From Cenococcum geophilum (lineage: Eukaryota), in assembly GCA_050273025.1 (NCBI GenBank), contig CP158635.1, forward strand, positions 16,430,001-16,494,000: a DNA stretch of 64,000 nt, given 5' to 3'. Below the pieces are notes generated by a model. The model worked only from the letters and a program-made list of their open reading frames with translations. It had not been told where the DNA came from and ran no database searches. The position numbers and the translations under genes are program-made. Below, piece by piece: positions 35,901 to 49,700 of this stretch. The number at the start of each line of letters is the position of its first letter. Within the stretch, counting starts at the first letter, position 1.

Positions 35901-38900
35901 ATATCCGCTAAGCTTTCTACTAAATTAGGATAAACCCTATATTTAAAGATTTAACAACGTTCCGTACCCGCTATAGTTCCTATAAATATAAAGTTTTTCC
36001 TTTTAGACTAATAAACGGACTGGCTATATACTAAAGGTATATAAATGACGTTCTTTTTAATTACCTCGATGAATTCTATACGGCATACCTAGATAACATT
36101 CTTATATACTTAGATAACAAACTTAAGTATTAAGTTTATGTTAAGAAGGTCCTAAAGAGACTACGGAACGTAAGCTTATAAGTTGATATTAAGAAATACA
36201 AGTTTAGGGTAAAACGTATAAAATACCTTGGGTTTATCGTAACTATAGAAGGAATTAAGGTTAACCCTAAGAAGGTAGAGGCAATCCGTAACTAGAAGCC
36301 CCCTTATATAGTAAAAGGAATCCAGTCCTTTCTTAATTTTTATAATTTCTACCGCCGGTTTATTTATAACTATAGAATTATGGCAAAACCTCTCATATAA
36401 CTAACTAGGAAGGATACACCTTTTGTCTTTAATAATAGCTATATAGAGGCCTTTAAAGAGGTAAAGGATCGGCTTATCTCTTCCCTAATTTTTCGTTACT
36501 ATAACCTAGACCTTGAATTAATGCTAGAAACAAACGCCTCTAATATAGTTATAGCGGGAATCCTATTACAGTTATATCCAGACAGTAAATGGTACCCTAT
36601 AGCTTTCTTCTTAAAGATAATAGACCCGGCTAAGTGTAACTATAAAGTATATGATAAAGAAATATTAGCTATTATTTAATTACTCTTCTAATGGCGCGCA
36701 GAGCTTAAAGGTATAAACTCCTAGATTAAGATATATATAGATTATAAAGCCCTAGAGTACTTTATAACTATAAAGCAGCTTATAGGGCAATAAGCCTAGT
36801 GGGCCAAAATACTCTCCTAATTCTTCTTTACGATTATATATTATTTTGGTAAGTAAAACTCTAAGGCTAATACCTTAACCTAAAGAGAACAAGATATAGG
36901 ACCCTAGGATAAGCTAAAGACCCAATATCGGACACGCGCCCTCCTCTATTTAGAATAGCTTAACCCACGGATCCTTAAGGAGCTAGACTCTTAGTAAAAC
37001 GAGCTAGCACTAATAGAGAAGTCCTTAGATAAGCTAATAGGGCTAATTAACCGCCTCCTAACTATAAACCGCACAGCTAATACCCTAAGGGCCCTCCGCG
37101 AATAAGCCGTAAAAGGAGACCCTAATTTTAAGATGGAGGAAGGATTGCTCCTATACTAGGAGCGGCTTATAGTCCCTGATATTAATAATTTATAGACCGA
37201 ACTAATCTATAAAGCTTATTACTAAGTCTTTACGGCACACCCTAGTAAGAATAAGACCCGTAAAATTATTAACTACCGCTACTACTAGCCGAGAATAGTT
37301 ATAAATATTAATTAATATATACGGAACTGCAAAGACTACTAGAGAGCTATAATCCCACAGAATAAGACTCTAGGACTACTTAAGCCACTCTTAATACTAG
37401 AGCGCCCTTGGTAGTATATCTTTATAAACTTTTATAAACTACCTAGGGACCGTAACGGATATAATATAGTTATAGTTATAGTTAACCGCTTTAGTAAACG
37501 CCCATTCTTAATTCCATGTTATAAGAATATCAATACTAAAGAGGCAGCCCAGCTATATATCCATTATGTCTACCAAATCTACAGACTACTAGATACTATT
37601 ATATCCGATCACAGGCCGTAGTTTATATCGGCCTTCTGGAATAAGTTTACCCAAATCCTAGGTATTAAGCTAAAGCTTTCTACGGCTTATTACCCCTAGA
37701 TAGACGGTTAGACAGAGATTATAAATTAGTACCTAGACTAGAGGCTTAGGCCCTTTATTAACTATTTCCAGGACAACTAGTCTAAACTACTACCCTTAAT
37801 AGACTACGCGCAAGCAACCCTACCCTATAACTCCACAGGGTTTACCCCGATTTAGCTAGAAATAGGATACTTACCCTATATAAGCTTTAACTGGAAAAGG
37901 CTAGAAGAACCCTAAACTGTATAAGAGAAGCTATCCTATACTAAGGCCTAATAGTACGCTAAATAATTGGAGGAGGTCTAGACGGTAGCCCGCGAGAACC
38001 TAAAAAAAGCTTAGAGGTTAATAGAATAGTAGGTAAACAAACACCGTTAAGAGCCTGATTTTGCCCCTGGCGATATAGTCTAGGTTATAATAAGGAATTG
38101 GAGGACTGAACGACCTAGCCGTAAGCTAGACTACTAGATGGTAGGACCGTATAAGGTTTTTAAGAAGATAGGCAACTTATATAAGATAAAGCTCCCAAAC
38201 TTAATTAGGGTTTACCCTATTTTCTCGCTAGATAAGTTATAGAAAGCTATAAACGACCTATTACCTAGACAAAAGAACAAGCCTCCCCTACTAGTTTAAG
38301 TAAACGGTAATAATAAATAGGAGGTTAATAAAATACTGGCCTATAAGATAGTACGGGGAGCGCTAAAATACCGTGTCTAATAGAAGGGCTACAATCCTAA
38401 CCTAACCTAGTACCCTATATGGAACTTTATAAGCTGCCCCTAGAAGCTTAAAGAATTTTATAACTAATACCCTAATACGCCTAGACCCCTGAAGTACCTA
38501 GACGAATGGATGGAATACTAGTATAATAAAGATAATAAGTTACCGGAAGAATATAGGGATAAAAACGCCCTAAAGCCCTAATACAGCTGTCTGCCAAATT
38601 CTGCTATATTTTGCCGTTTTTTGCCAGTACCATAAAATTTTAAATGTTTAGGAATTTTGACCGCCGGTTAAAGTTATCTAATTGGTTAGATCCGTGCTAA
38701 GACTTTTAGCGGCTACTCTTTCTGGCCTAGTGCTTCCACTTAGCCTATAATTGCCCTTTATACTTAGTTAGGACGGACTTATATCCCCTTTTATCTCCTT
38801 ATCTTATATTTTTGTAATCCTACATTTATAAGCCTAGTGCTACCCTATTTTTTCTAACTAAGCCTAAGGGCAGGCTTTCTTTCAAAGAGGGGGGTAATAT

Positions 38901-39108
38901 AACGGCGCTATCGCACGTTACCTGCCAAATTCTGCTATATTCTGCTGACCTATAATTGGCCCACCTAAAGCTAGCGCCTTAGCGGCTTACTCTATATATT
39001 TGTTTACATCGGTCTTAGCGACCCCTTTTCCTTCTCTTTAGCTTAGTATCTTGGTAATACAGCATTCGTTCAAGCTTCGGTTTAGAGGCATTTATTCAAG
39101 CTATGACA
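32919..39108 (+). mobile_element. Gypsy B (chromovirus), complete, RIP-inactivated, inserted in LINE ORF1
   Basis: 211-bp LTRs at 32919-33129 and 38898-39108, TSD ATAAT, PPT AAAGAGGGGGG. Gag CFNCNK*GY at ~34398; RT AYLDNILIY at ~36083; RNase H ETNAS; integrase GPY; chromodomain K*EVNKILA at ~38315. Confidence 0.96.
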
Positions 39109-41978
39109 ATAATCTTATACTGTAATTGTAATTACTATCCGCTTATAGGTGCCTTATAGGTGCCTACGTAGTATATTAGCATATAGGCCCTAATTGCTAC
39201 AGCCTTCTCCTACTATGTCCGCTTAACACTATACGCCCCATTCTATACCTTATAGTCTACTTTACAGTTAATACACTTTTTAGGTAGGTCTCCTATACAT
39301 TTACTAATATTATATTACCTAGCGTAGCGTCCACATCTAGCTTCTCTCCTATAACTCTTAGCTATATAGTTAAAGCCTTAGTATTTAAAGCACTGTATTA
39401 CTAAAAACGTTATCTTATACCTTATAACTAGGTAGTAGTCTCCTCCTAAGAAGAGGCCCTAATTAAATAGTGTATTTGCTAACTCTTTTAACTATATACC
39501 CATAATAAGTAACAATTTAACCTTTTATCCCATTCGGACTTTTCCTAGCCTTTTTTACGCTAGCCTTTCTACTATAAGCCCCGCTATAGTACAGTTCTGC
39601 TTTATTATATCTTCTATTATCTACTTAGCCTCCAGGCCTTAAATAGTGAGGCTTATAGGTACCGCGTGGACTTCTACTAGTACTAGCGGAACAGCTAGTA
39701 TAGTAGAGCGTCTAAGGACCTTCGTCTACTCTATTTCTTATAGCAACCTATTTTTTACGTCTTTATCCATAATATACGCCCTAACGTTACCGCTTTATAA
39801 CTTCTTTACGGCCTATATCCTATAGGTATCTAGGGGTCCTGCGGCCTAGAGTTTATATACTAGGGCTTAGCTATTCTACTTTAAGGTTTTCTTACGGTCG
39901 GCGGCGTCGCCTATGTGGATTATAATCTTATGTACTTCTATAGGTTTATAGGCAACTTATTTTATAGCTTGGGGCATTATAGGTATAGTGGCAGCAACGT
40001 GTGCGTACGACAGCGGGCCTATGGACGTCAGTCCACTCTTTATAGCCATCATTGCGGCCTTCCTAAGGGCGCCAATATCTGTCCAGATTACCTTTATGTC
40101 CTAGGCATATTACTCCTGGGTTCCTTGGGTCCAGATAAGCTCCGCCAACGTGGCGAAGGCTATCTAGAGGGTTATAATCGCGGTAGTAAGAAAGGAGAGC
40201 ATGGTGGAGCGCTCCTCGTCTCCATCAAGAGATCGTTTCTGTAGTGCCTGCTGGGTTTGTTCTGCGGTTTGTATAGTCTATAGAACGCGTTCTTAAAAGG
40301 CGCGCTGTTCAATTAGGGTTGGTAATTTTATATTTTATTTTAGTTTATAGTCCGTAAATATATTTAAGTTCCTTCTTAGAAAGAAAGGGTAGTTAAGCTT
40401 TAAATAATATTAGCGACTTAGTTAATTAAGGCATGAGTATAGTAAGAGGGACGCGCAAGCCTATACGATTAGTAGTCTATAAACGAGGATCTAAAGCTAG
40501 AGAAAGGAAAGGAGATAGAGGGCGGCGCCGCTCGACGTTATATACAATCCTCTGGTCACGTGACGGCAACTGTCTAGAACTGTATAAGACTGTCTACAAC
40601 TGTCTGCGACTGTCCGCTATAATCCACTAATATCTATTAGCCACAATCTACCAGTTTCTACTAGTTTCTACTAGTTTCCACTAGCGCCGTAACACCGTAT
40701 ATTAATTAAGGACGTCGTACTTTTAACCTAAGGTAGTAGGGGTGGGTGCATTTTTTTAATTCCTAAAGTCATTCGTATACCCTTTTAAGGCCGTTAATAA
40801 GGGGAAGGTAGGCCACCAATATAAAATAAACAATGTAGTTACTAATATCATTTATAGCCTCTTCTTACTTCTAGTGTATACGGAGATTATCTTTATATTC
40901 AGCATAAAGCTAGTTATAGGTAGTAAGCCGGTTTTAGTCTAGCCTTGCTATTAATATAGTAGTAGGTAGTACGTCCGCTAATATAGGCCGATTTAGTAGT
41001 TCCAGCTTTAGAAGCTCCTTTTTCTTCTTAGATAGGTTAATATACTACTATACCTTATTAGTTTTAGCAGTGTATTAGATATTAAAGAACTACTAAATCT
41101 AATTAGATAGCTTGTTAAGGATAAAGTTAATTTTAGAATAAGATTTGTTTAAGGTGGTCGCTATTTTAGGGTTTAAAAGCGTCCAGAGAAGGGTCTAGTT
41201 AGTGTCTTGGCGTAACCTTATTTAGACCTTCCGAACTTTTATTTTGATTTGTTAGTTTGTTTGTCGGTTAGGTACGTTTATCCGTGTGTTTAGGAAATAA
41301 AGGAGCTTAAGATGTAAAGATGGAAGAAGTAAGGACTTTTAAATAAGGGAGTAGATTTATTGCTTAATAGATAGTGCAACAGGTAGTGCGATCCGGTTAA
41401 TTACTCAGCAGGTAGTGCGGTCCGGGCTTACAACTATAAGCTTTACAGTATGGGAGTTAAACTAGCGACTTAATTATAAATGTAGCTCTAAAGTCTCTAT
41501 ATATACTCGAGGTAGGTAGTAGGAAGATAACGACGATAATCTACAATTGCCACCATAGACAACGTCGCTTAGTCGGTAATAGGTAATGAAAATAGGTAAT
41601 GGAAATAAGTAGTGAGACATATATGTTAAGAAATAGGGTGGTGAGTTATAAGGTGGTGCAAGCTTTAGTACCGGTAGCCGGTTACAGCTATCAACCTTAT
41701 ATTGAGCGACTTAACCCCTAAAATTGGGCGTGTATATCAAATTACCATAAAATTAAAAGCTTTATATTCTTCGGTATGGGCGTTAAATTCAGCATAATTG
41801 ATTGGCTAGTTCTTATCGATAACCGTTAGGCGCGAATTGACGGGCCAAAGGATATACTTACTACCGCGATATAGGTATATTATAACCGTATAAGTGTATG
41901 TATATGCTTAGTATATATACCGTATATTCAGTGTATACGGTCGCTAAAGGTAAATTGTGGCTGCCGATATGCGTTCTA

Positions 41979-42110
41979 CACCCTCTCGTCAATTCCGGTG
42001 GTTAGCGTGTTTTATTAACTTTCCCTTAAACAGCAAAAATACCAAAGCTTCCCCTACAAAAAGGCCGTGCAGACGTGGCTGCGCTAACCACCGGAATTGA
42101 TGAGAGGGTG
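41979..42110. mobile_element. 132-bp MITE of the Tc1/mariner type
   Basis: ~29-bp TIRs CACCCTCTC(G/A)TCAATTCCGGTGGTTAGCG and TA TSD. The TIRs closely resemble those of the 20390-22836 element. Confidence 0.9.
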
Positions 42111-43797
42111 TATGTGGGTAAAAGTGTGGTGCTGCCGACCTCCACCAATGACCATGCCGACACCCATAGGTGACCACGTTGAGCTTTTCCGAAACCACGC
42201 TCAGCTGCACACCGATAGGGAGCAGTATGCCCGCACGTGCGTGTAGACGGTCCACCGAGGGTCTGATTAATGAGATAACGTAGGTGACAGGGTTATGACG
42301 GGTGTCAGAGTTATGACGGTTAGGAACACCAAAATTCTGCCGGATGGGCCCAACCATAGTAAATTAGCAGTAAAATTCATCCTACAGCATCCCGCAGTTT
42401 CTTTTATTATCCTAAAAAATGAAGCTTTATATTTGTATATAAATTACCTTATTTAGATATTTACTAGAGGCGAGGGCTAATAAGGGCTCCTTAGTCCTCC
42501 AGCTATATATATATATCCTTATCTAGCGCCTTATTATCGCTCGAATATACAAAGTCCTCAATAGGCTTATTAACAAGCTTATCTTCCAGCGTCTCCTCTA
42601 TCTACTTACCCTCTTCTATAACCTTTTTAGAGGCCGCAAGTAATTCTTTATAATGCGCTGCAGCTGCTACATAAGTAGTAGTAGATGATTCCGCTAGTAT
42701 GTTCTTTACAGCTTAATCTGCTTCTACTACTGCCGCTAATATAGTAGCAGCGGCAGCAGCGTCTTAGGCCTCTAACGTATTCTTCTTCTTTGCGATATTA
42801 GTGGCTAAATCTAAAGCCTTACGCGCCTTTTTTGCTAATCTTACTGCCGCCTAAGCGTCCTTCTGGTGTTATTCCGCGATCTTTTTAGCAGTAGAGGTAG
42901 TAGAGCGAGCTTCCTTCCGCGCTATTACTTGCTCCTTCTTAAGCGCTACTATATTCTCCCTCCTCTCCTTATCTCACTCCCTCTGTATTCTAGCGTCCTC
43001 TTTAGCTTAATTGGCGGCCTCTTGTTTAGCAACAATTTCTCTCATTAAGTCTACAGTAAGTACTGATCCAGTAGAGAGGACCTAGCGCTTACGCTCCTTC
43101 CTTACCCTCCTTTCTATAGCGGCCTGCCAAAGCTTATTATTTTCTATTTATAAAAGATGTTCCTAATCCTTGCATAATTCTATATACATTATTAGTTTCT
43201 TTACCACTGCCTCTATTGCCTTAGGTGTAGTTTTGGGATAGAGAATCGTATAGGCGTACTATGTATAATTATCGCGATTTTTAGGGGTATAGGGGTGTAA
43301 AGGTAAGGATAGGATTGTTGCTTGCTGTATAGAGGATAAGGGGGTAAAAGGTTAAGAGGGCGTAGAAGGATTTATATAGCGCTTAAGTACTTTATCTAGA
43401 TTATAAGGAAGAAGGCCTGCGGCTTTAAAGGCGCTATTAATTAGTCTTGGTGTATATATCTAAGGGCGGATCTCGCCTAGAATCCTTAGAAAATATTCCT
43501 TATTAATTCTAGTAATACCCTACGTTGTATATTTGTCGACTTTAGATAAGTAGAGTTGCTTAAGTTATAAAGAATATTATAAGATCTAGAGGCTGTAAAA
43601 GGTGTGTTAAATAAGGTGGCAGGCAGATTAGTATAATTTTATAATCTTCGTAGAATTATATAAACTTAAGATTAATATAACTACTATAGCCGTCTATAAT
43701 AAGCATTTGATAACTATAGATATAGTTATTATCCTAGCCTTTACTAAGGGCCTTCCATTTGCGTATATATTAAGTATAATACTTAAAATAGCGCAGC

Positions 43798-46700
43798 TGT
43801 TACGGACGCTTTAAGTACGATGTTATAACTACTTGGAGAAGAGACGGAAGAAGCTAGTTGGTTGATTTAGGCATGGTCCGGAATAGAGCCGATAGAACTA
43901 TATGATGAGGAATAGTAACCAAGGTTATATAATGTGCTACATATTAAACAAGAGGAACGAGAGGAACTTATATACCTTATATATAAGACGTATATTATAT
44001 ATAAGAAGGATTTTATAGGAGTATAGTTGTGTATTTAAGGACCCTTAATCCCTACCTAGATAGTTCCTTCCTTATAGTAATTCTTAGAATATAATTAGAG
44101 TTAATCTGTTAGGTAACTACTCCACTAGTTATTATTACGTTGTTAACTTTTATACTTATATTTTTTATATACCTAGCCTATTAACGAACCTATTATAGTT
44201 CTTGCTATAAGGTTCTATTATATAATTACTACCTAGTTATAGTATTAATATAAGAAGTTGAATAATATGCCACTAAAAGCAGCTACTATAATGCTATTGA
44301 CGGTAGTAACTACTTTAAGGATAGGAGGTGATACTAGTATAGCGGATACTAACTTATAGCAACCTATGACGGTTAAATAGCTATAGGAAATAGTTAATTA
44401 GCTAATAGCTAATAATATAGTGTTAGAAGAAAGACTTAATGGGATAGGAGCAGTAAAGATTAAGCTACTATTAATTGAGAGATTTATAGGAGAGAAGTTA
44501 AAGCTTAAAGGATTCCTTACGTAGATGCACTTTAAGGTCTTATAGGAAGGAGTAAAGTTACCTATACCCGTGGATTGGATAGCCTATATAGGACTATTCT
44601 TATTAGGAAAAGCACTTAAGTAGTTTAAACCTTACTTTATGGAGATATAGGCAAATGGAATAATGACCACTAATTAAGACGTATAATTTATGTTCTTAAG
44701 TTGGGAAGGATTTGTAGAATAACTTATATAGATATTTGGAGACCTAGAAGGAAAAACTATAGTAGAAAGAAAACTCTAGAACCTTATGTAATAAACTTTA
44801 GCAATTAAGTATATAATATAGTTCTAGATACTAGTAATATAAGTAGAGTAGAATAATAGGGCGCTTATGGTATAGTATAAATAGGGACTTAAGGCTAAAG
44901 TCTAGGACGTGATTATCCTAATGGAAGATGCGGATACCCTAAAGGAACTAATAGATTAGGCGATTAAGATTAATAATTAGATCTACTAAAGGGAATAGGC
45001 TAAGAGAGGCTAGGATAGAGTTCTATAGTTATATAAGGCGTAGAGTACGCAACAATAAAAGCTAAGTTAGAAACTATAGTATGGCGCAGAGCTAATGGAC
45101 CTAAGTGGTACTAAAGAAGCCTATAAGAGATAGAGCAAACTATAGAAACCTAGAGGATAAGGATTAAGTAATTAAAGGTCTAAGGAGTAGAGGCTGAATT
45201 AGGGATCTTAATAGCAGAAGATATTTAGGCGGACTCTATAATAAGAGAAATAGTTTAAAGAAGGAGCTTATATAAATTGCGGAAAATAGGGTTATTATGC
45301 TAGAGACTATAGAAGTGGGCAGAGTTACTACGTAGTAAAGGGTATAAGATTAGTAGATGATATATATATATAAAGGGACGATAATGTGCTGCGAGGAATA
45401 AAAGAGTGTTTAATTAGAAGTTTTGCGTTTTGTTATAATAACGTATACTAAATTTATAAGGACGCTAAGTATAGCGTAAGCTATTAGCTATAAGAGCTAG
45501 CACCTATAGGATGTAGAGGAACTAATGAACTAGTTTATAGATTAGATATTAAGAATAATGAATTCAACCTAGGCGAAATATTCCGTAATAATAAGGTAAT
45601 AAGGGCTGCTTACTAGGAGTGAGTAGACCTTGGAGATGTTATACTAGAGGTAGAGGATAATTCTATTATAGAATAAGGAATATTAGTAGGGATTAAAACC
45701 CTACTAGATACAATGTCTATCGCTTCGCAAGATATAAGAGAAGTAGGATAGTAAACCACTTTAGCACTCGATAAAGGCAAAAGGCTAAAAGCTTAAGATT
45801 CTTAAAATAAGATAAGAGATAACTAAGATTCTTAAAATGAGATAAGGTAAGCTTAAGGACCTATAATGGATAGAAACTAATGGAGTAAAGTAGCGGCTTA
45901 GTTTAAAGATATATAAATAAGCTTGGGATAAGAATTCCTAACGGCATAAGATTTTTAAGACGAGATAAGTGAGATTTAGGACTCTTAAGATAAGATAAGG
46001 ATACTAGTTAAGCTTAGTTGGACTAAGGTAGGGGCTAAGCTTAAGTTAGAAGCAAGCTTAGGATTAAAGAACCTAAGGGGTTAAGAATTTAGGGTACGAA
46101 TTAGGATACCCATAGATAAGAGGCTAGGAGCTTCTTTATAGATTAGAGAATCTGCGGTATAAATAGTAATTAGACTAGGAGATGAATATATAGACCTAGA
46201 AGATTTACTAGTTAAATAAAGTGTTCGGACTAAAGATCGAAAAGCCGATATTAGGATTAAGAAGTAAGATAACTTTAAGAATTAGAGCGTAAGGCGTAAA
46301 CTAAAAGAAACTATAGAAGAGTTTAGGTAAAGAATTATTGTATAGTAAGAACAGAAACTAGATAAAAGATCTAGTATATTAGGATGTATAAAGAATAGAG
46401 CGCTAGTACAAAGAATTACTAATAGGCTAAGAGCAGGCATACTAAGAGCTAAGTGGCTTACTAAACTGGAATAAGAAGAGGATTTAGGGATTCCTACTAG
46501 GTTTAAGGAATGATATACTAAAGGCTGTTATAACGCAGTAATAAAGAGATATTTCCTTACGGATAGACTGTATATACTCTAGCAGCTGTATTAAAAGTGG
46601 TATAGGCAACGATATAGTAATAAGTAGGAAGATTTCTATATATAGTTAGATAAAAAAGTTATCTAGGACTACCTAATTATAGAGAAGGCTATGACGTATA

Positions 46701-49700
46701 TTAAAGGAGCCTTAATTATAACATTAAAGGATCTAGAGGAATGTTTAGAGGACTAGAGAAGCGAGAGACGTATCTTAGTACCTATAAATAAAGTCGTAAT
46801 GTTTAGATTAGCATAATAAAGGTTTAAACTTAGGGATAAAGACGAGCTAAGAGTTAACCTAAAGCACCTAGTATACTATATAATATTATAGATTATATGT
46901 GTAGATAATATATGTGAAATATATAAGAATCCGAAAGAAAAGAATCGGAAATACCCTATAAGGATGTACTGGATAATAGATAAGCAATAGTACAGGAATG
47001 CTAAATATATGCATAAATAGCATCTAATAGAGATTTAAGAGGAAGGAAGTTTAGTACTTTAATTAGAAAGATTCCTTATAGAAGAATACTTAGACGGACA
47101 ATAGTAATGGGAATGCTTAGAGAATACGTATCTATAGTATATTAAAGATAAAAAGCGAACTAGGTATTGGCTAAAGAGTGAGCCAAGTGTACTAGGATTA
47201 AGTAGCTAATAGTTAGGAAAAGTAGAGGCCTATGGGACTAGAGGAAGCTAGTGGTAGAGCCTTAGACCCTTAAAGGAATTTAAGGATAACACCTAAATTT
47301 ATAAGTTAATTAGCAAGATTAGCAGTTTAAAGCGCTAATAGATAGTAGAGTAATATAAAACTATATTTCACTAGTAGCAGTTAAGAGAATGGGATTACCT
47401 TATAGATAAAAGGAGTAACTTTACCTATTAGTTACGATTTTAGGAGATCTAATAACCTATAGAGGAGGGATTATTAATCTTAAAATAGGACCTATTTAAA
47501 TAACTATTAAAGGAAGATAAATTAAGATGTCTTTTAATATCCTACTATTAGGACAGGATGAGGTAGTATTAGGTATGCCTTAGTTATAGGAATATAATCT
47601 AAGGATTAATTAGATTATAGGTTAGGTTAATATTAGAGATACTTAACGCTGTAAGATATAATAATAAGCTAAGATAGTATGGTATTAAGTAGGAGCAACC
47701 TATAAAGAAATAGAAAGAGGACTAAGCTATGTACTAAAGAGATACTATAAGTATAGTAAGAAACTATGGTCACTGGAAAGTAAAAAGCTGTTAGAATATA
47801 TAGTATAGGACTATAAAATAGAGTTAGAACTAGGAATAAGTCTAAGGTTCTTTCTAATCTATAAGCTTACCGAAGAAGAAGGTAGAGCGTTAAAAGAATT
47901 TGTTTAGGAAAATCTATAGAAGGGATATATTAGACTATTGTAATTATTAGCGGGTTATCTAGTACTATTTATACTAAAGAAGAATGGTAAACTAAGGCTA
48001 TATATTAACTATAGATAGTTAAACAGCATTACTAGAAAGGATAGGTATTCTTTACCCTTAATTAGCGAAATTTAAAATAGGATAGGTAATATATAAATCT
48101 TTATAAAGATAGATCTGAGATAGGCATACTATTAGATTAGGATTAAGGAAGGCAATAAATGGAAGGCAGCCTTTAGGTTAAAGGAAGGACTGTATAAACT
48201 ATTAGTTATGTAATTTAGGCTTATAAACGTACTAGTAACGTTCTAGAAGTGTATTAATAATGTATTAGGAGAATACTTGGATGAATTTGTTATAGTATAT
48301 CTTAATGATATTATTATCTACTTAATAACTAAGGAAGAATATGGGGAACATGTTAAATAGGTCTTAAAGAGACTATAAGAAAAATAGATACTAGTAGCAA
48401 TTAAGAAATGCGAGTTCTTTACTAGGAAGACCAATTTTGTTAGATTTATTATTAAACTAGGCTAACTTAGTATAGATCTAAAGAAGATTAAGGCTATAGT
48501 AAATTAGTAGGAACTAGAGAATATTATATAGTTAAGATTGTTTTTAGGGTTTTGCAATTACTGTAGAAGGTTTATAGCGCAATAGTTAAAGGATATTAAG
48601 CTATTTATACGGTTAATAAAGAAAGAAGAACTATAGGCATAGGGGGAGGAGTAAAGAGAACTCTTTAAGAAAGTTAAAGAGTTGTTTACCTAGGAGCCAG
48701 TTCTTAAGATCTATTAACTAGGACTAGAGATAGTTGTAGAAATAGATATATTAGACTATATACTAGGGGCGTGCTTTATATAAAGGTATTAAAATAGATG
48801 GTACCTAGTGGCATACTATAGTTAGAAGATAATACTATTAGAGTTAAACTATAATATCTATAATAAGGAGTTATTAGGTATAGTTGTAGTATTAAAGGAA
48901 TAGAGAGTATTCTTATAAGGTATAGAGAAACTATTTATGGTTAAGATAGATTATAAGAACCTAATAGGATTCCTAATAACAAAGGAACTTAACTAAAGAT
49001 AGGTTAGATGGGTAGAGATGCTTGCGGAATACTATTTCAAGATTTAGTATACTAAAGGTATAGATAATACGCGGGTAGATACTCTAAGCCGCAAAGCTAA
49101 ACTATAAAATAAGGAAAAGCCATTAGGGGCTTTATTGCGAAAGGATATAGACGGATTGATTAGGTATAATCACCCGAAAATTATAGCAACTTAAGAAGAC
49201 GATAAACTAGAGAAAGTCTATAAGATACTAGAAAGCTTTTAGGTATAAAGAATTCTAGAAGTATAGCTAGAAGATTTATAGATGGATATATATAAGAATT
49301 AAGAAGCTAAGTATATTCTAAGAAGTATAGCAAAGTAGTTCATAGAGGACTTCTATAAGGGACTAACCTAAGGATATAATAGAGCTATGAGCTTAGTATT
49401 AAGACTCTAGGAGGAGTACATTATTAATAGAATCTAGAGGATAGCTAGAAAGGTTATAAAGGAATATCTAGATTACTAAAGGAATAAATTAATAAGGTAT
49501 AAGCTATATAGAGGGCTATAACCTATTAAAATACCAAAGAGACTATAGGAGGTTATATTATAGGACTTTATTATTAAGTTGCTAAAATTAAAAGATCCTA
49601 TTACCAGACAAGATTATAACGTAATCTTAGTAATAGTAGATAAGCTTATAAAGTAGGGATACTTTATAGCATGCACAGAAGAAATTTTAGCGGAAGATGT

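Larger units (their letters stand above)
27520..40322 (-). mobile_element. Full-length Tad1-like LINE inserted in the Gypsy A leader; ORF1 ~40225-32580, ORF2 ~31800-28450
   Basis: Exact 16-bp TSD TAATTTTATATTTTAT (27504-27519 and 40323-40338) and (ATAAT)n 3' tail. ORF1 QCFK..GFN..AKS knuckle at ~39350-39400; APE GDFNLYHPF*GG at ~31365-31400; RT G.P*GLALSPILFLF and FVNN (FVDD) at ~29760-29870; C-terminal CCHC at ~28660-28720. Confidence 0.93.
17608..40694 (-). mobile_element. Gypsy A (chromovirus), complete but RIP-inactivated; carries two large nested insertions
   Basis: 287-bp LTRs at 17608-17894 and 40408-40694 with exact 5-bp TSD CCGTA. PPT at ~17895-17910. RT AYLDNIIIY (YLDD) at ~24685-24708, RNase H ETDASD split at 19963/24250, integrase and chromodomain at 17930-19400, gag at 26330-27400. 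Confidence 0.95.
17432..41701 (-). mobile_element. Copia 5' half (5' LTR 41435-41701, PBS, gag at 40700-41250 continuing at 17432-17607), split by Gypsy A
   Basis: PBS GTTGTAAGCCCG follows the LTR on the minus strand (Copia GGTTATGAGCCC type). gag reads across the CCGTA TSD (de-RIP ...KWLDSW...LEMPDVQGFRPHDDF). The LTR middle resembles 16210-16430. Confidence 0.7.

Noticed and set aside
40313..40322. Telomeric TTAGGG repeat
   Set aside because: Single copy at the LINE 5' end; no array.
41919..41941. Hairpin ACCGTATAT...GTATACGGT as a Helitron 3' end
   Set aside because: No clean CTRR followed by T, no 5' TC end and no Rep/helicase remnant found.
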